A stretch of DNA of 64,000 bases from Parcubacteria group bacterium (GTDB lineage Bacteria > Patescibacteriota > Minisyncoccia > Moranbacterales > GCA-2747515), in the NCBI GenBank assembly GCA_041660065.1, contig JBAZXC010000001.1:328535-392534 (forward strand). Direction: 5' to 3'. The translations under genes and the position numbers were made by a program. Below, in pieces: positions 18,920-29,278 of the stretch (its first letter is position 1; every line of letters begins with the position of its first letter). The notes beneath the pieces are model-generated. The model worked only from the letters and a program-made list of their open reading frames with translations, was not told the DNA's origin and made no database searches.

Positions 18920-20299
18920 TTATAACTCATTATACACCTTCCAAATATCTCCCGCTCCCATTGTAATAAACACATCACCATCAGACAAATATTTTTTCAT
19001 CCATGCACCCAACTCCACGATCGTTGGCAGATGTTGTGCTTTGCTCGGAGAGAGATCATTGATTGCTTCCACAACACGCATTGCGTTGATATTTCCTTTC
19101 TTTTCTCGTGCACTGCCATAAATATCCAACACGACCACTTGATCCGCAAAAGCAAGCGCCGCAGCAAAATCCGACAGCAATGCTTCCGTACGCGTAAATG
19201 TATGCGGGTGAAATGCCACAATGATCTTTTTGCCGGGGAAAACTTCTCGCGTGCCACGCAATGTTTCTACGATTTCCTTTGGATGATGCGCGTAATCATC
19301 GACCAAGATTGCCCCATTATATTCGCCTCTGCGCTCAAAGCGCCGTGCCGTACCTGCAAATTGCGCAACGCCCTCCGCAGTTCTATACGCATCGCCTGTC
19401 AAAAGAAATGCCAGCAACCATGCAGCAGTCGCATTTGCGGCATTATGCGCACCATACAATTGTGTCATGATCTCGTATTCTTTTTCCTCAAAAAGCACCG
19501 TGATCTTTTGTCCATGTGCATCGATACTACGCCGCATGATCACACAATCATTTTTTACGTCTTCTCCATAAAAAACAACACGGCAATCTGCATGCGCCGC
19601 CACTGCACACACATCACCCTGATCACCACACGCTACCAAAATTCCATCCTGCGGAATGCGCGCAACAAACACGCCAAATACATCACGATATGACTCCACG
19701 TCCGCAAAAAAATCAGGATGGTCATAATCCACACTTGTAAGGATCACATCATGTGGCTGATACAACGCAAGCTTATTTTGATATTCATCCGCTTCAATGA
19801 TCAAAATGTCATCCCCAGTTACATACGCACCGCCATTCCACGCGGAAATTTGCGACCCTACAATAACTGTCGGCTTGACATCGGTCGCGATCATCGCAAA
19901 AGCTGTCAGCGCGGTCGTGGTCGTTTTACCGTGTGTGCCACACACCGCAATTGTCGACATCTCCGCCGTAAGAGCGCCAACTGCTTCCGGATACGAATAA
20001 ATTGTAATCCCCTTTTCTTTTGCAGCAATAATTTCCACATTATCAGTGCCATTTAGCGCTGTCGTATATACGACAAAATCAATGTGATCAGTAAGATGTG
20101 CTACATCAAAAGTATCGTACACAACAATACCATTTTGCACGAGCATTTCATGATAAAAACCATCACCCGTATCCACGCCACTCACATCGTATCCTTTTTT
20201 TGCATACACTACAGCGAGAGCCGATGTGCCAGCGCCACCAATTCCAACGATATACACTTTTTTCATAAATTCCTTTTTTACAATTTCAGCCACATCCAT
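18920..20299 (-). CDS. murC: UDP-N-acetylmuramate--L-alanine ligase
   Basis: GIGGAG, GTHGKTTT, EADE, DDYAHHP, MGAGD. Confidence 0.96.
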   Translation of the reverse strand: MDVAEIVKKEFMKKVYIVGIGGAGTSALAVVYAKKGYDVSGVDTGDGFYHEMLVQNGIVVYDTFDVAHLTDHIDFVVYTTALNGTDNVEIIAAKEKGITIYSYPEAVGALTAEMSTIAVCGTHGKTTTTALTAFAMIATDVKPTVIVGSQISAWNGGAYVTGDDILIIEADEYQNKLALYQPHDVILTSVDYDHPDFFADVESYRDVFGVFVARIPQDGILVACGDQGDVCAVAAHADCRVVFYGEDVKNDCVIMRRSIDAHGQKITVLFEEKEYEIMTQLYGAHNAANATAAWLLAFLLTGDAYRTAEGVAQFAGTARRFERRGEYNGAILVDDYAHHPKEIVETLRGTREVFPGKKIIVAFHPHTFTRTEALLSDFAAALAFADQVVVLDIYGSAREKKGNINAMRVVEAINDLSPSKAQHLPTIVELGAWMKKYLSDGDVFITMGAGDIWKVYNEL

Positions 20300-20300
20300 C

Positions 20301-21431
20301 TTATTTTTCTTCGATCATTTTGAGAATGCCGGCAGCAATCTTGGCCGCAGCATCCGGATGATAAAACGCTTTGACATTTTCTTGCAACTTCACGCGCAAC
20401 TCTTTGCTGTATAAAAGCTCCGTGATCTTTTCCATCAAGATATTACTACCCAAATTTGATTCTTCCAAAACCAACGCCCCGCCAATCCTCGCAACTTCAA
20501 ACGCATTCATGTGTTGATGATTGTTTGCGCTACCGGCAAGAGGCACAAGAATTGACACTTTCTGATTTGCGGCAATTTCTGTAATGGAATTTGCTCCAGC
20601 ACGTGATACCACAATGTCAGAAACAGCATAGGCATCCGCCATCTCCTCACGACTAAAGAATGGCGCCGCAAAATATTGATGACGTTCGGATTTAAAGCCA
20701 TATTCAGCAGCACGATGTAAAACATCCTCATAATTTTCTTTTCCTGTGACATGAAGCACTTGGACAATTTTTGACAATTCCGGCAAAATCCGCAAAATCG
20801 CTTCATTGATCACTTGTGCACCTTGACTCCCTCCAAAAACAAAAAGTACGGGACGCGATTCACCAAAGCCCCACCGTTGATATCCGCGAGCACGATCCCC
20901 TTGTAGCATCGTTGTGCGAATTGGGTTGCCGGTTAATACTGTTTTCTCTGCGAGAAAATACCGCTTACTCGCCACATAAGACACTGCTACATAATATGAC
21001 AGCTTCCCACCGACGCGATTTGCCCACCCGGGAACTGCATCAGAATCATGCGTCAATACGCGAATACGATAGATACGCGCTGCGATCACTACAGGAATTG
21101 CCGCATAGCCTCCTTTTGAAAAAACAGCATCCGGCATAAAAATAAGGAGATGCCACAATGATTGCACGATACCAAAAGGTATACGAAAAAAATCAAAAAA
21201 ATATTCTATGGAAAAATATCTGCGCATTTTTCCTGTAGAGATGTTTTTTGTCTTAATACCAACAGCTGCCATGGATTGTTCCGCGAGATCCCCCATCTGT
21301 GACTTCGTGCCAATATAGAGAAATTCTACATCTTGACACTGGCGACGAATTTCTTCCGTTACTGCAATCAAAGGAAAAATGTGTCCCCCCGTACCGCCAC
21401 CTGTCAACACGATCCTCTTTTTATCGTTCAT
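20301..21431 (-). CDS. murG: Lipid II GlcNAc transferase
   Basis: GGGTGGH, GNPIR, GGSQGA, SRAGA. Confidence 0.97.
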   Translation of the reverse strand: MNDKKRIVLTGGGTGGHIFPLIAVTEEIRRQCQDVEFLYIGTKSQMGDLAEQSMAAVGIKTKNISTGKMRRYFSIEYFFDFFRIPFGIVQSLWHLLIFMPDAVFSKGGYAAIPVVIAARIYRIRVLTHDSDAVPGWANRVGGKLSYYVAVSYVASKRYFLAEKTVLTGNPIRTTMLQGDRARGYQRWGFGESRPVLFVFGGSQGAQVINEAILRILPELSKIVQVLHVTGKENYEDVLHRAAEYGFKSERHQYFAAPFFSREEMADAYAVSDIVVSRAGANSITEIAANQKVSILVPLAGSANNHQHMNAFEVARIGGALVLEESNLGSNILMEKITELLYSKELRVKLQENVKAFYHPDAAAKIAAGILKMIEEK

Positions 21432-21494
21432 GTGATAATCTTTATTGTTTATATAATACTACATACAACCATTATACCGCATAGCGCAGATCAT

Positions 21495-22673
21495 TCAAAT
21501 TTTTTCTTTTGATTGCTTGGAAATATTGAGCAAAATCCCCACAGCCGCCAACGAAAAAATAATTGATGTGCCTCCATAACTGATAAAAGGCATCGGGATG
21601 CCCGTGAGTGGCATGAGCGATGTGATCGCAGCGATGTTAATGATCGCTTGACCGGTGATCCACACAGTTATACCCCCTGCAACAAGCTTGCCAAATACGT
21701 CCGGCGCATTAGCAGCAATTTTCATCCCACGCCACGCAAATAGGAAAAAAAAGATCAAAACGATCAGTGCGCCGATGAGACCGAGTTCTTCGGAAATGAT
21801 CGCAAAGATCGAATCTCCGACCGGTTCCGGAAGATATAATCCTTTTTGTTTGCTATGTCCCAAACCAACGCCAAGCCATCCTCCGCTACCAATTGCGATC
21901 AGTGCTTGTTGGATCTGATAACCTGTCCCCTGTGGGTCAGCCTCCGGATTGATAAATGACATAAAACGTGCCATGCGATATGGCGCGGCAATGATCAAGA
22001 TAATGATCCCGGCCACTCCCAGCCCGATCACGCCAAAAATATGTTTTGATCTTGCACCCGCAAGATAAAAAACCGCAAGGGCAATAAACACCAAAATACT
22101 CGTCGTTCCCACATTTGGCTGCATCAAAACTAAAACGCATGGCAAACCGATAATTCCCAGAAATGGGATGAGACCCGTATAAAAGTCTTCAATCACTTTT
22201 GCACCTTTGCCACTGCACCACGCCGCAATATAGAGGATCAATGCCAACTTCATCATTTCAGATGGTTGAAAAGATGGGATAGGACCAAGATTGAGCCAAC
22301 GGCTTGCACCATATGCCGTAATGCCGAATTCGGGCACCAAAATAAGCACAAGAAGAGTAATCGCGGAAAGATAGATCACATGCGCCCATTTACGAAAAAA
22401 ATGATAATCGATACGACTAAAAACAACCAGTAAGACCAAACCCAACACTACGCCGATCAGTTGTCTTTTGAAAAAAAAATATGGATCACCAAACCGCACA
22501 TCCGCATAGACGATGCCCGCCGATGCCACCATAAGGACACCAAAAACCGTCAAAATGCCCACAATGCCAAAAAGCATGCGATCAGATGCACCGGAAAAGT
22601 GCAATGTCTCTCGAGAAATTTTATTTTTATTTTGTTTTTTCGAGTGTACTACTCTACTTTTTTTCTTAAACAT
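21495..22673 (-). CDS. ftsW: Cell division SEDS protein FtsW
   Basis: GASRW, FQPSE, SYGG; upstream of murG; start MFKKK overlaps the trmD stop. Confidence 0.93.
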   Translation of the reverse strand: MFKKKSRVVHSKKQNKNKISRETLHFSGASDRMLFGIVGILTVFGVLMVASAGIVYADVRFGDPYFFFKRQLIGVVLGLVLLVVFSRIDYHFFRKWAHVIYLSAITLLVLILVPEFGITAYGASRWLNLGPIPSFQPSEMMKLALILYIAAWCSGKGAKVIEDFYTGLIPFLGIIGLPCVLVLMQPNVGTTSILVFIALAVFYLAGARSKHIFGVIGLGVAGIIILIIAAPYRMARFMSFINPEADPQGTGYQIQQALIAIGSGGWLGVGLGHSKQKGLYLPEPVGDSIFAIISEELGLIGALIVLIFFFLFAWRGMKIAANAPDVFGKLVAGGITVWITGQAIINIAAITSLMPLTGIPMPFISYGGTSIIFSLAAVGILLNISKQSKEKI

Positions 22674-23334
22674 TATCTGTTTTTTTACTGTGTTCACTTC
22701 GCCACTTTTCGATCAATTGATGATTGCCGGAAAGCAATACATCCGGCACATGCCACCCATTGAAATCTTCCGGTTTAGTGTATTGCGGATGTTCACAATA
22801 TCCTTCTGTGGCGTGTGATTCATGTATAATACTTTCCGCATTACCCAAGACGCCCGGAAGCAAGCGTACGATGCTATCCGCAATAACCATTGCTCCCAAC
22901 TCACCACCGGTAAGTACATAATCCCCGATTGACAACTCCTCATCTGCAATATGTTCCGCAACACGCTCGTCCACACCTTCATACCGACCGCAGATAAAAA
23001 TTACGTGTTTATAATTTTTCAATCGCTGTGCGTCAGATTGTGTAAATCGTTTACCTTTTGCAGAGAGTAAAATGATTCGTCGATCTCTCTGTATATCACT
23101 GTTTTCCACAACCTGCACAACTGCACGATGAATCGGTGCAACTTGCATCACCATACCCGCACCGCCACCATACGGCGTATCATCCACACGATGATGTTTA
23201 TCCTCTGCAAAATCACGAATATCCGTATAACCGAAAGACGCCACACCTGCATCACATGCGCGTTTCATGATCGACCCTTCCATATATGGACGGACCAATT
23301 CCGGAAAAATTGTCAGAAAATCGATCTTTATCAT
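22666..23334 (-). CDS. trmD: tRNA (guanine-N1)-methyltransferase
   Basis: VDDTPYGGGAGMV, CGRYEGVDER, SIGDYVLTGGE. Confidence 0.97.
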   Translation of the reverse strand: MIKIDFLTIFPELVRPYMEGSIMKRACDAGVASFGYTDIRDFAEDKHHRVDDTPYGGGAGMVMQVAPIHRAVVQVVENSDIQRDRRIILLSAKGKRFTQSDAQRLKNYKHVIFICGRYEGVDERVAEHIADEELSIGDYVLTGGELGAMVIADSIVRLLPGVLGNAESIIHESHATEGYCEHPQYTKPEDFNGWHVPDVLLSGNHQLIEKWRSEHSKKTDNV

Positions 23335-23416
23335 ATGTGTAGCTCTTATTGTACCCTTTTTTTGAGTATTTTAAAAGTAGAACATTATATATTATGGGAA
23401 AAATTATCGCAAATCA

Positions 23417-23445
23417 AAAACCATCCGCCTTGGGCGGATGGTTTT
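23417..23445 (-). terminator. Terminator after rplL
   Basis: AAAACCATCCGCC-TTG-GGCGGATGGTTTT perfect stem. Confidence 0.8.
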
Positions 23446-23472
23446 CGTGCATGCGATATTCACCGAGAAAGA

Positions 23473-23886
23473 CTATTTTACACTTACTGTTGCGCCAGCT
23501 TCTTCAAGCTTTGCTTTTACTTTTTCAGCCTCTTCTTTTGATACACCCTCTTTGATCACTTTTGGTGCAGCATCTACCATGTCTTTTGCTTCTTTTAAAC
23601 CAAGACCTGTGATCTCACGCACTGCTTTGATCACATTGATCTTTGATGCACCAACTGCTGCCAATTCTACATCAAATGCTGTTTTCTCTTCCGCAGCAGC
23701 TTCACCGCCAGCTACCGGCATAGCCATCGCTACCGGAGCAGCAGCAGACACGCCAAATTTCTCTTCGAGAACTTTGATCAACTCCGCAAGATCGAGAACA
23801 CTCATCTCTTCGATCTCTTTGACGATCTTTTCAAACTTCTTTGGCACTACTACTTCTTTTTCTTCTGCCTTTTTTTCCTCTGTCAT
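23473..23886 (-). CDS. rplL: 50S ribosomal protein L7/L12
   Basis: [31 protein letters not shown]. Confidence 0.98.
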   Translation of the reverse strand: MTEEKKAEEKEVVVPKKFEKIVKEIEEMSVLDLAELIKVLEEKFGVSAAAPVAMAMPVAGGEAAAEEKTAFDVELAAVGASKINVIKAVREITGLGLKEAKDMVDAAPKVIKEGVSKEEAEKVKAKLEEAGATVSVK

Positions 23887-23940
23887 AGGATTATTGGTTA
23901 AACTTATTAATTAATTTATAAATAAATTACATGGAAAATA

Positions 23941-24459
23941 TTATGATTCTTTGCTGTCTTTGATCGCTGAAAGTGCTTGTACGAATGTACGCGGCACACC
24001 AGCCAACACATTGACGAAACCACTGATCGGCGCCTGCAATTGTCCGAGGAGTCGCGCACGGAGTTCGTCGCGTGACGGCAATTTTGCCAATACATTCACT
24101 TCATCCACGCTCATCAATTTCTCTCCAAGCACACCGCCAACGATTTTGATGTTCTCATTTTTCTTTGCTGTGTCAAAAATGATCTTTGCGCTTGTCACCT
24201 CATCCGGAGATACACTCACTGCGATCTGTCCTTCAAATGATTTTGGATCGATCTCAATGTTGTTATTTTTGAGTGCGATCGCCAATAGTTTTTTCTTGAT
24301 GATCTGAAATGTCGATCCCGCCTGACGAAGATCTCTCTTGAGCGTCACCATATCATTTGCGTTTAGGCCTTTGAAATCAGCCAAGACACATGCGGGGGAC
24401 GATTTGAGTTCTTTTGTCAACTTTGCGACAATCACCTCTTTTTGTTGTCGTGTGAGCAT
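23941..24459 (-). CDS. rplJ: 50S ribosomal protein L10
   Basis: MLTRQQKE...LAKLPSRDEL; upstream of rplL. Confidence 0.95.
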   Translation of the reverse strand: MLTRQQKEVIVAKLTKELKSSPACVLADFKGLNANDMVTLKRDLRQAGSTFQIIKKKLLAIALKNNNIEIDPKSFEGQIAVSVSPDEVTSAKIIFDTAKKNENIKIVGGVLGEKLMSVDEVNVLAKLPSRDELRARLLGQLQAPISGFVNVLAGVPRTFVQALSAIKDSKES

Positions 24460-24489
24460 ATATTTCTTTGCGTTAACCCATTTATGCAA

Positions 24490-24600
24490 TTAAAAAATCC
24501 TGCGGTCAAACTTCGCAGAACTCATTAATAGACGTAATTACCTACATCATCAATGTTCCTCACAAGGACTTATGTCCTGCCTTGCTTCTGCGGAGCATTT
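24490..24600 (-). promoter_or_regulatory. L10 leader (autogenous control) with attenuator hairpin
   Basis: Minus strand CCGCAGAAGCAAGG..ATAA..CCTTGTGAGG, then CTGCG/CGCAG stem plus U-run before rplJ. Confidence 0.6.
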
Positions 24601-24663
24601 GTGCGTATTCATTTTTTCAAAACTCCCCTATCGTATCGCAATATGCAACAACTGTCAACTCAT

Positions 24664-25038
24664 TTACGCTACTGGAGTTGCTTCTGGTGTTTTTTCTGTC
24701 TTTTCCACACTCTCCGCCTCTTTTGTCTTTTCTTCCACGACTTCAGCAACCGCTTCCGGCTCCGGCGTTGGTTTTGCAGGGACTTTTACAACACGTTTTG
24801 CGCCTTTGATCACGCCATTTCTGACCAAAAGATTGTACACGCTATCAGATGGCTGTGCACCATTTGCCAAAAATTGCTTGATCTTTTCCTCTTTCAAAAC
24901 TGTTTGCTTGAGATGAGGATCATGGCTTCCCACGACTGCGATGTGTTTTCCTTTCGGTGACTTCGTTTTTTCCTGTACCACGATGCGATATTGCGCGTGA
25001 TTGTGTCTTCCGACACGACTGTACCGTATTACCAACAT
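24664..25038 (-). CDS. rpsP: 30S ribosomal protein S16
   Basis: MLVIRYSRVGR...YRIVV...GAQPSDSV. Confidence 0.95.
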   Translation of the reverse strand: MLVIRYSRVGRHNHAQYRIVVQEKTKSPKGKHIAVVGSHDPHLKQTVLKEEKIKQFLANGAQPSDSVYNLLVRNGVIKGAKRVVKVPAKPTPEPEAVAEVVEEKTKEAESVEKTEKTPEATPVA

Positions 25039-25304
25039 AATTTCACTTATTATTATAGACTAATCAAACAACCGCATGAGCATGTACTCTCATGAGTAGT
25101 AAAGCATGTACTGTATAGCATAACCAATATCTCATTTTTTGTCAATATTCCACGATTATTCATCACACAGCGCAAAGCGGACATTTGCATCAACAGTTTC
25201 TCTATCTTTCCGGTCATGATAAATTAGAGCGTGTTTCCAGATTTCAATTTTTATTATTCACATTTTCCTGATATAATAGAAAAATAAAATATCAAAATAA
25301 AAAT

Positions 25305-26036
25305 ATGAAAGATCAGAAAGTTTCCACAATACTCGGCACGACAATTCTTATCATCATTGCTGCAACAGTTGCAGGATTTACATTTCTGTGTGTAAAAAAT
25401 ACTTCGATCAAAACGAATATCGCGCCGACTGTTGTTCAACCGCGATTAAGTCAAAAAAAAGGAGTTCTTGACGATGTAAATAAAAATATTACAAAAGAAG
25501 ATTTGCTCATAGCAAGTGATTGGAAAATGGTTTCTCATAAAAACTTCTGGAATAATCCCGATCTTTTTTCACATTCAAATTATTTTTTTCCACAGATTGT
25601 CTTTTATTATCCTGAAAACTGGTACTTTCAGTGTTGCAATGATATGAATTACGCCTCAGTGCATAATATTTTTTCCTCCCAAGATCAAAAAACATCAAAA
25701 CCATATATTAGGATTACAAATTATAGCCTATTAGGCTGTCCATCTACAAAAAAACAATGTTCATTGGACGAAAAAATTACACTATCCGCAAATGAAAAGT
25801 TTCTACAGTTAATTTCAGAAATTCCTCAAAAATATAATCTTCCATCTGTGCATCTTTCGAACATTGATGCTGATGCCTTTATGTATCAAAAATTAGAAAA
25901 AGATGGTAATTTTTCCAAAGGATGTTTTGTCAAATTACGCGATGGTGTTATCGGAGTGGATTTTGTGCATGATGATTTATTTGTTGGAGATTTTATTGAA
26001 AAATTCTTATCTACTATTTCATACGAAATAAAATAG
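25305..26036 (+). CDS. Membrane-anchored hypothetical protein
   Basis: N-terminal TM helix; AT-rich; YYPENW and Cys pairs. Confidence 0.65.
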   Translation: MKDQKVSTILGTTILIIIAATVAGFTFLCVKNTSIKTNIAPTVVQPRLSQKKGVLDDVNKNITKEDLLIASDWKMVSHKNFWNNPDLFSHSNYFFPQIVFYYPENWYFQCCNDMNYASVHNIFSSQDQKTSKPYIRITNYSLLGCPSTKKQCSLDEKITLSANEKFLQLISEIPQKYNLPSVHLSNIDADAFMYQKLEKDGNFSKGCFVKLRDGVIGVDFVHDDLFVGDFIEKFLSTISYEIK

Positions 26037-26055
26037 AAATTTTAGCATTAAAGAA

Positions 26056-26088
26056 AAAAGACGAAATTCTATTACAGAATTTCGTCTT
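26056..26088. terminator. Bidirectional terminator between convergent genes
   Basis: AAAGACGAAATTCT / AGAATTTCGTCTTT. Confidence 0.75.
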
Positions 26089-26101
26089 TATAATTGTACA
26101 A

Positions 26102-27625
26102 TCAACGCTCAATAATTTGCGGACTAAAACTATGTAGATTTCCAGATGTATTTTTTCCAGAGTAAACAACAAAGTGCAAATGATTGTTGTCTGTCCCAGT
26201 GTTGGAAATATATCCGATTATTGTGCTTGTAGACACAGTATTTCCTATAGCAACTTGAATATTGGTTAAATGGAGATACCCACTCCACCATTTACTACCA
26301 TTATATTCATGCTCAATAAGAACTTGACCATAATTTCCTCCTGCGTTTATGGCACCAGCATATGTTTGAGTGACAATACCTGAAGTGGTTGCATAGACCG
26401 GTTGGGCATTATCATAATCATAGCTTGGAAAATTCAAATTAATATCCCATGCCCATGTGTCATCAGAACTTCCTATTCCACCCGTAGCTGTATGTGCCCC
26501 TGTACCATGTTGATTAAAACACCATTTATCAGTAGGGCAATCATCTTGATTATTGACGATTCCCAATTCTCCAATGACAGGAGATAAAATTTTAGACGGA
26601 GGAGTACCTCGCACCACCCACAAACGCGTAATATAGCTTGCGTTTTTTGGCGTGTAATTCTTTTCTCCCCACCACAGTGACGCGTGCCACGCATAGCCGG
26701 AATTCACTTCCAGCGTGGTGGATGTCCAGTGATGTGCATTGGAAACGTTTGTGAATGGATGTCCGACCGGCAATGCCGGAGCGATTCGACCCATGTCCAT
26801 CAAACTTTTCAGTTCATTGATATTTGGCATGCGCCAATCCGTATGACCAAAATTTGGATTTGTGCCGGCATTCATGCCGTTGACATAACTGACAGCATTG
26901 AGCCATGTGATGTCATAGGTGAGTTGTGAGTTTTTGGTCCACATGAGACCGGTGAGATTGTCTGTGACCGTGCTATCCCCATTATCAGTAAATCTATAGC
27001 TATCCCAGCCGACACCTTTTTGGAGGTTGCCATCATCACCCGTGGCATAGGATGTCTTTTGCCATGTTTTTGACAGTTTAGCCGGTCCGGTACTTTCCCC
27101 GCACACAGGCCACAGATTAAAAGGGCTTGTTTTCCCGGTAACTGCGGTACTTCCGCGATCAAATTCCACCACACTTGCTGCCGTTGTCTGATTTGCGATA
27201 GACGTTGATGTGAAATAGTAATAGTAGGGATAGGTTGTCTGCAGATTCGTGAATGGATGATTTTGTGCAAGAGCTGGAGCTGTGCGTCCATGATCAACAA
27301 GACTGAGAAGTTCATTCATGTTTGGCATGCGCCAATCAGTGCGTCCCGCATAGCTTGTGGCATTCATATTTGCAATGTAACTGAGCATTTGCTGCCACGT
27401 TCTGCGATTGCCGGTCAGATTTGCATTTTTGGTCCATATGAGACCGGTGAGATTGTCTGTTACGGTGAGATTGTCGTTGTTGAGAGTGAATCGTGGTTCG
27501 GGTAGCGGTATACCTCCGGGACCATCATCACTTTGTCCTGTTTTTGGAAGAGAAATGATCTCTGCTGTTGCATTGCTTGTAAAACATAGTAGAAAAATGA
27601 TCAGTGTAAGACATTTCCATCGCAT
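26102..27625 (-). CDS. Secreted protein with two Lcl/DUF1566 domains and a C-terminal M23 peptidase
   Basis: Signal peptide; two repeats of [12 protein letters not shown]...DWRMPN..EL; M23 motifs YLHL and NHLHF. Confidence 0.85.
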   Translation of the reverse strand: MRWKCLTLIIFLLCFTSNATAEIISLPKTGQSDDGPGGIPLPEPRFTLNNDNLTVTDNLTGLIWTKNANLTGNRRTWQQMLSYIANMNATSYAGRTDWRMPNMNELLSLVDHGRTAPALAQNHPFTNLQTTYPYYYYFTSTSIANQTTAASVVEFDRGSTAVTGKTSPFNLWPVCGESTGPAKLSKTWQKTSYATGDDGNLQKGVGWDSYRFTDNGDSTVTDNLTGLMWTKNSQLTYDITWLNAVSYVNGMNAGTNPNFGHTDWRMPNINELKSLMDMGRIAPALPVGHPFTNVSNAHHWTSTTLEVNSGYAWHASLWWGEKNYTPKNASYITRLWVVRGTPPSKILSPVIGELGIVNNQDDCPTDKWCFNQHGTGAHTATGGIGSSDDTWAWDINLNFPSYDYDNAQPVYATTSGIVTQTYAGAINAGGNYGQVLIEHEYNGSKWWSGYLHLTNIQVAIGNTVSTSTIIGYISNTGTDNNHLHFVVYSGKNTSGNLHSFSPQIIER

Positions 27626-27802
27626 GCGTTACCTCTTTGGTTTGTGGTTTTTTGGTTACAATATTGTGAATGATGTTAAGCCTTCGGTTTCTTTGTGTGT
27701 TCCCTCCTTTATGTGATTTTTGGTTGTGAAAGAACGGCATCAACTGTTTCCTGTCACATTGATGTTATAAAATGTAATTTTTTATTTTGCTTTTCTTTTC
27801 AA

Positions 27803-28519
27803 TTACTTACCGCGTAATACATAGAGCGGGAAAATGATCACTGCACGAATAATCCTCTTGATGCGCCGGGGTTGTTGTGCAAAACGAAAGAGCCATTCAC
27901 AGCCGCATCGGCGCATCCAGTGCGGTGCACGTTTGACCTTGCCGGTTGCAAAGTCAAATGCCCCGCCGACACCGATCCCTACTCTACATGCGTTGCGATC
28001 TTTGAGCATATGGATGAACATCTCTTGATACGGTGCACCAAAGTTACACAAGACGATATCGGCAGATGTCTCCGGATCGATATGCGGTGCATGCGGATCC
28101 ATATTTGCGCCGATAACCCTAATATGCGGATACCGCAATCGGATCACATTGTGCATATCCTGCCACTGTGTCAAGCCAAATGCATTGGTCGCGAGAAAAA
28201 CCGACAGTCTCCCGCGATCTGCATGATCAAGTAACTGCCACATCAATTCCACACCCGTCATACGGCATTGCACACGCTTTCCGCGCCAGAAAAAAGCACA
28301 CGACACACCGAAGCCATCGACCACTTGCAGATCTGCTGAATTGAGTACGGCACGAAAATCCTTATCGTGCCGCGCAGTATAGAGAAACTCCGGATTGATG
28401 GTGACAACTTGTCGTGCTATATTTTCTTGCAAAAATCGCGAAATCGCTTTCTCGATCTCTACGCAAGACACATTGGTTACATCTACTCCACAAATACGAA
28501 CACTTTGATTATTTGTCAT
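27803..28519 (-). CDS. WecB/TagA/CpsF glycosyltransferase
   Basis: VVTINPE, DGFG, GAPYQE, GVGGAFDF, RAP.WM. Confidence 0.92.
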   Translation of the reverse strand: MTNNQSVRICGVDVTNVSCVEIEKAISRFLQENIARQVVTINPEFLYTARHDKDFRAVLNSADLQVVDGFGVSCAFFWRGKRVQCRMTGVELMWQLLDHADRGRLSVFLATNAFGLTQWQDMHNVIRLRYPHIRVIGANMDPHAPHIDPETSADIVLCNFGAPYQEMFIHMLKDRNACRVGIGVGGAFDFATGKVKRAPHWMRRCGCEWLFRFAQQPRRIKRIIRAVIIFPLYVLRGK

Positions 28520-28540
28520 AATGAGACCTATTGGAGATTT

Positions 28541-29101
28541 TTATCGCAAATCAAAGACACATACCGGCTCAAATTGCCATGTGTCATCAACATGAGTGCT
28601 TTCAAAAAGTGTAAGTGCACTGACATCCATCTCAAAAGGTAACGGCATTTCCATCGGCGGATATTCCGTGAGTTCCTGCCACTTCTGCGCGCGCATACTG
28701 CCCAATGCAATGACTGGCCGAAATGAGACATTTTTTCCGAGTGGTAAATGCAATGCTTTCCCAATTGCGTAATATAACTCCTTTAGCATCTCACTGTCCT
28801 CCCCAATAACTTGTACACGCTGTGCGTCACGAGGATCGGTTTTGTTGATGTCTTTGCTTCGCGCTACAACCTTTGTAAAAGAAAGCGAAAAAGAGGGTGT
28901 TTTTGCACTTAACTCCAAAAGAGCGTTTTCAATCTGCAAGAAATCACTGTCACTCACCCAACCAATTGTGATGAGACCAACATGAAAACTGTCTTCTTTG
29001 TGCCACTTGATCGGCAGTTCCTGCCACGGACGTATCGCACGCGAAATTGCCCTCTTAAAATGTGTATCGAGATCGATCCCGATGAATAATTTCTGTTGCA
29101 T
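28541..29101 (-). CDS. 2H phosphoesterase (ThpR/LigT-like) with degenerate motifs
   Basis: KLFIGI...FHVGL...FRPVIALG...LFES fold pattern. Confidence 0.7.
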   Translation of the reverse strand: MQQKLFIGIDLDTHFKRAISRAIRPWQELPIKWHKEDSFHVGLITIGWVSDSDFLQIENALLELSAKTPSFSLSFTKVVARSKDINKTDPRDAQRVQVIGEDSEMLKELYYAIGKALHLPLGKNVSFRPVIALGSMRAQKWQELTEYPPMEMPLPFEMDVSALTLFESTHVDDTWQFEPVCVFDLR

Positions 29102-29278
29102 ATATATTGATAAATAGATTAATCATGTCCCTACAAGTATAACATCGTTTATGATGATACCAAAACGGTGTTTTTTGCAGGTTACTTTTATAGTATTATC
29201 ATATCACGCAAAAGATAACAAAAAGCGAACACCGGGATTAACTAAATGTTAACTCACCAAATATGCTACAATACCCCC

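Noticed and set aside
15236-24960. Long plus-strand ORFs (for example 15451..16185, 18135..18857, 23438..23914)
   Set aside because: Antisense to lysS, murB, murC, rplL and other clear core genes; no motifs of their own
26610-27200. Diversity-generating retroelement
   Set aside because: Lcl target-type domains are present, but no reverse transcriptase or adenine-variant template repeat is seen in this window
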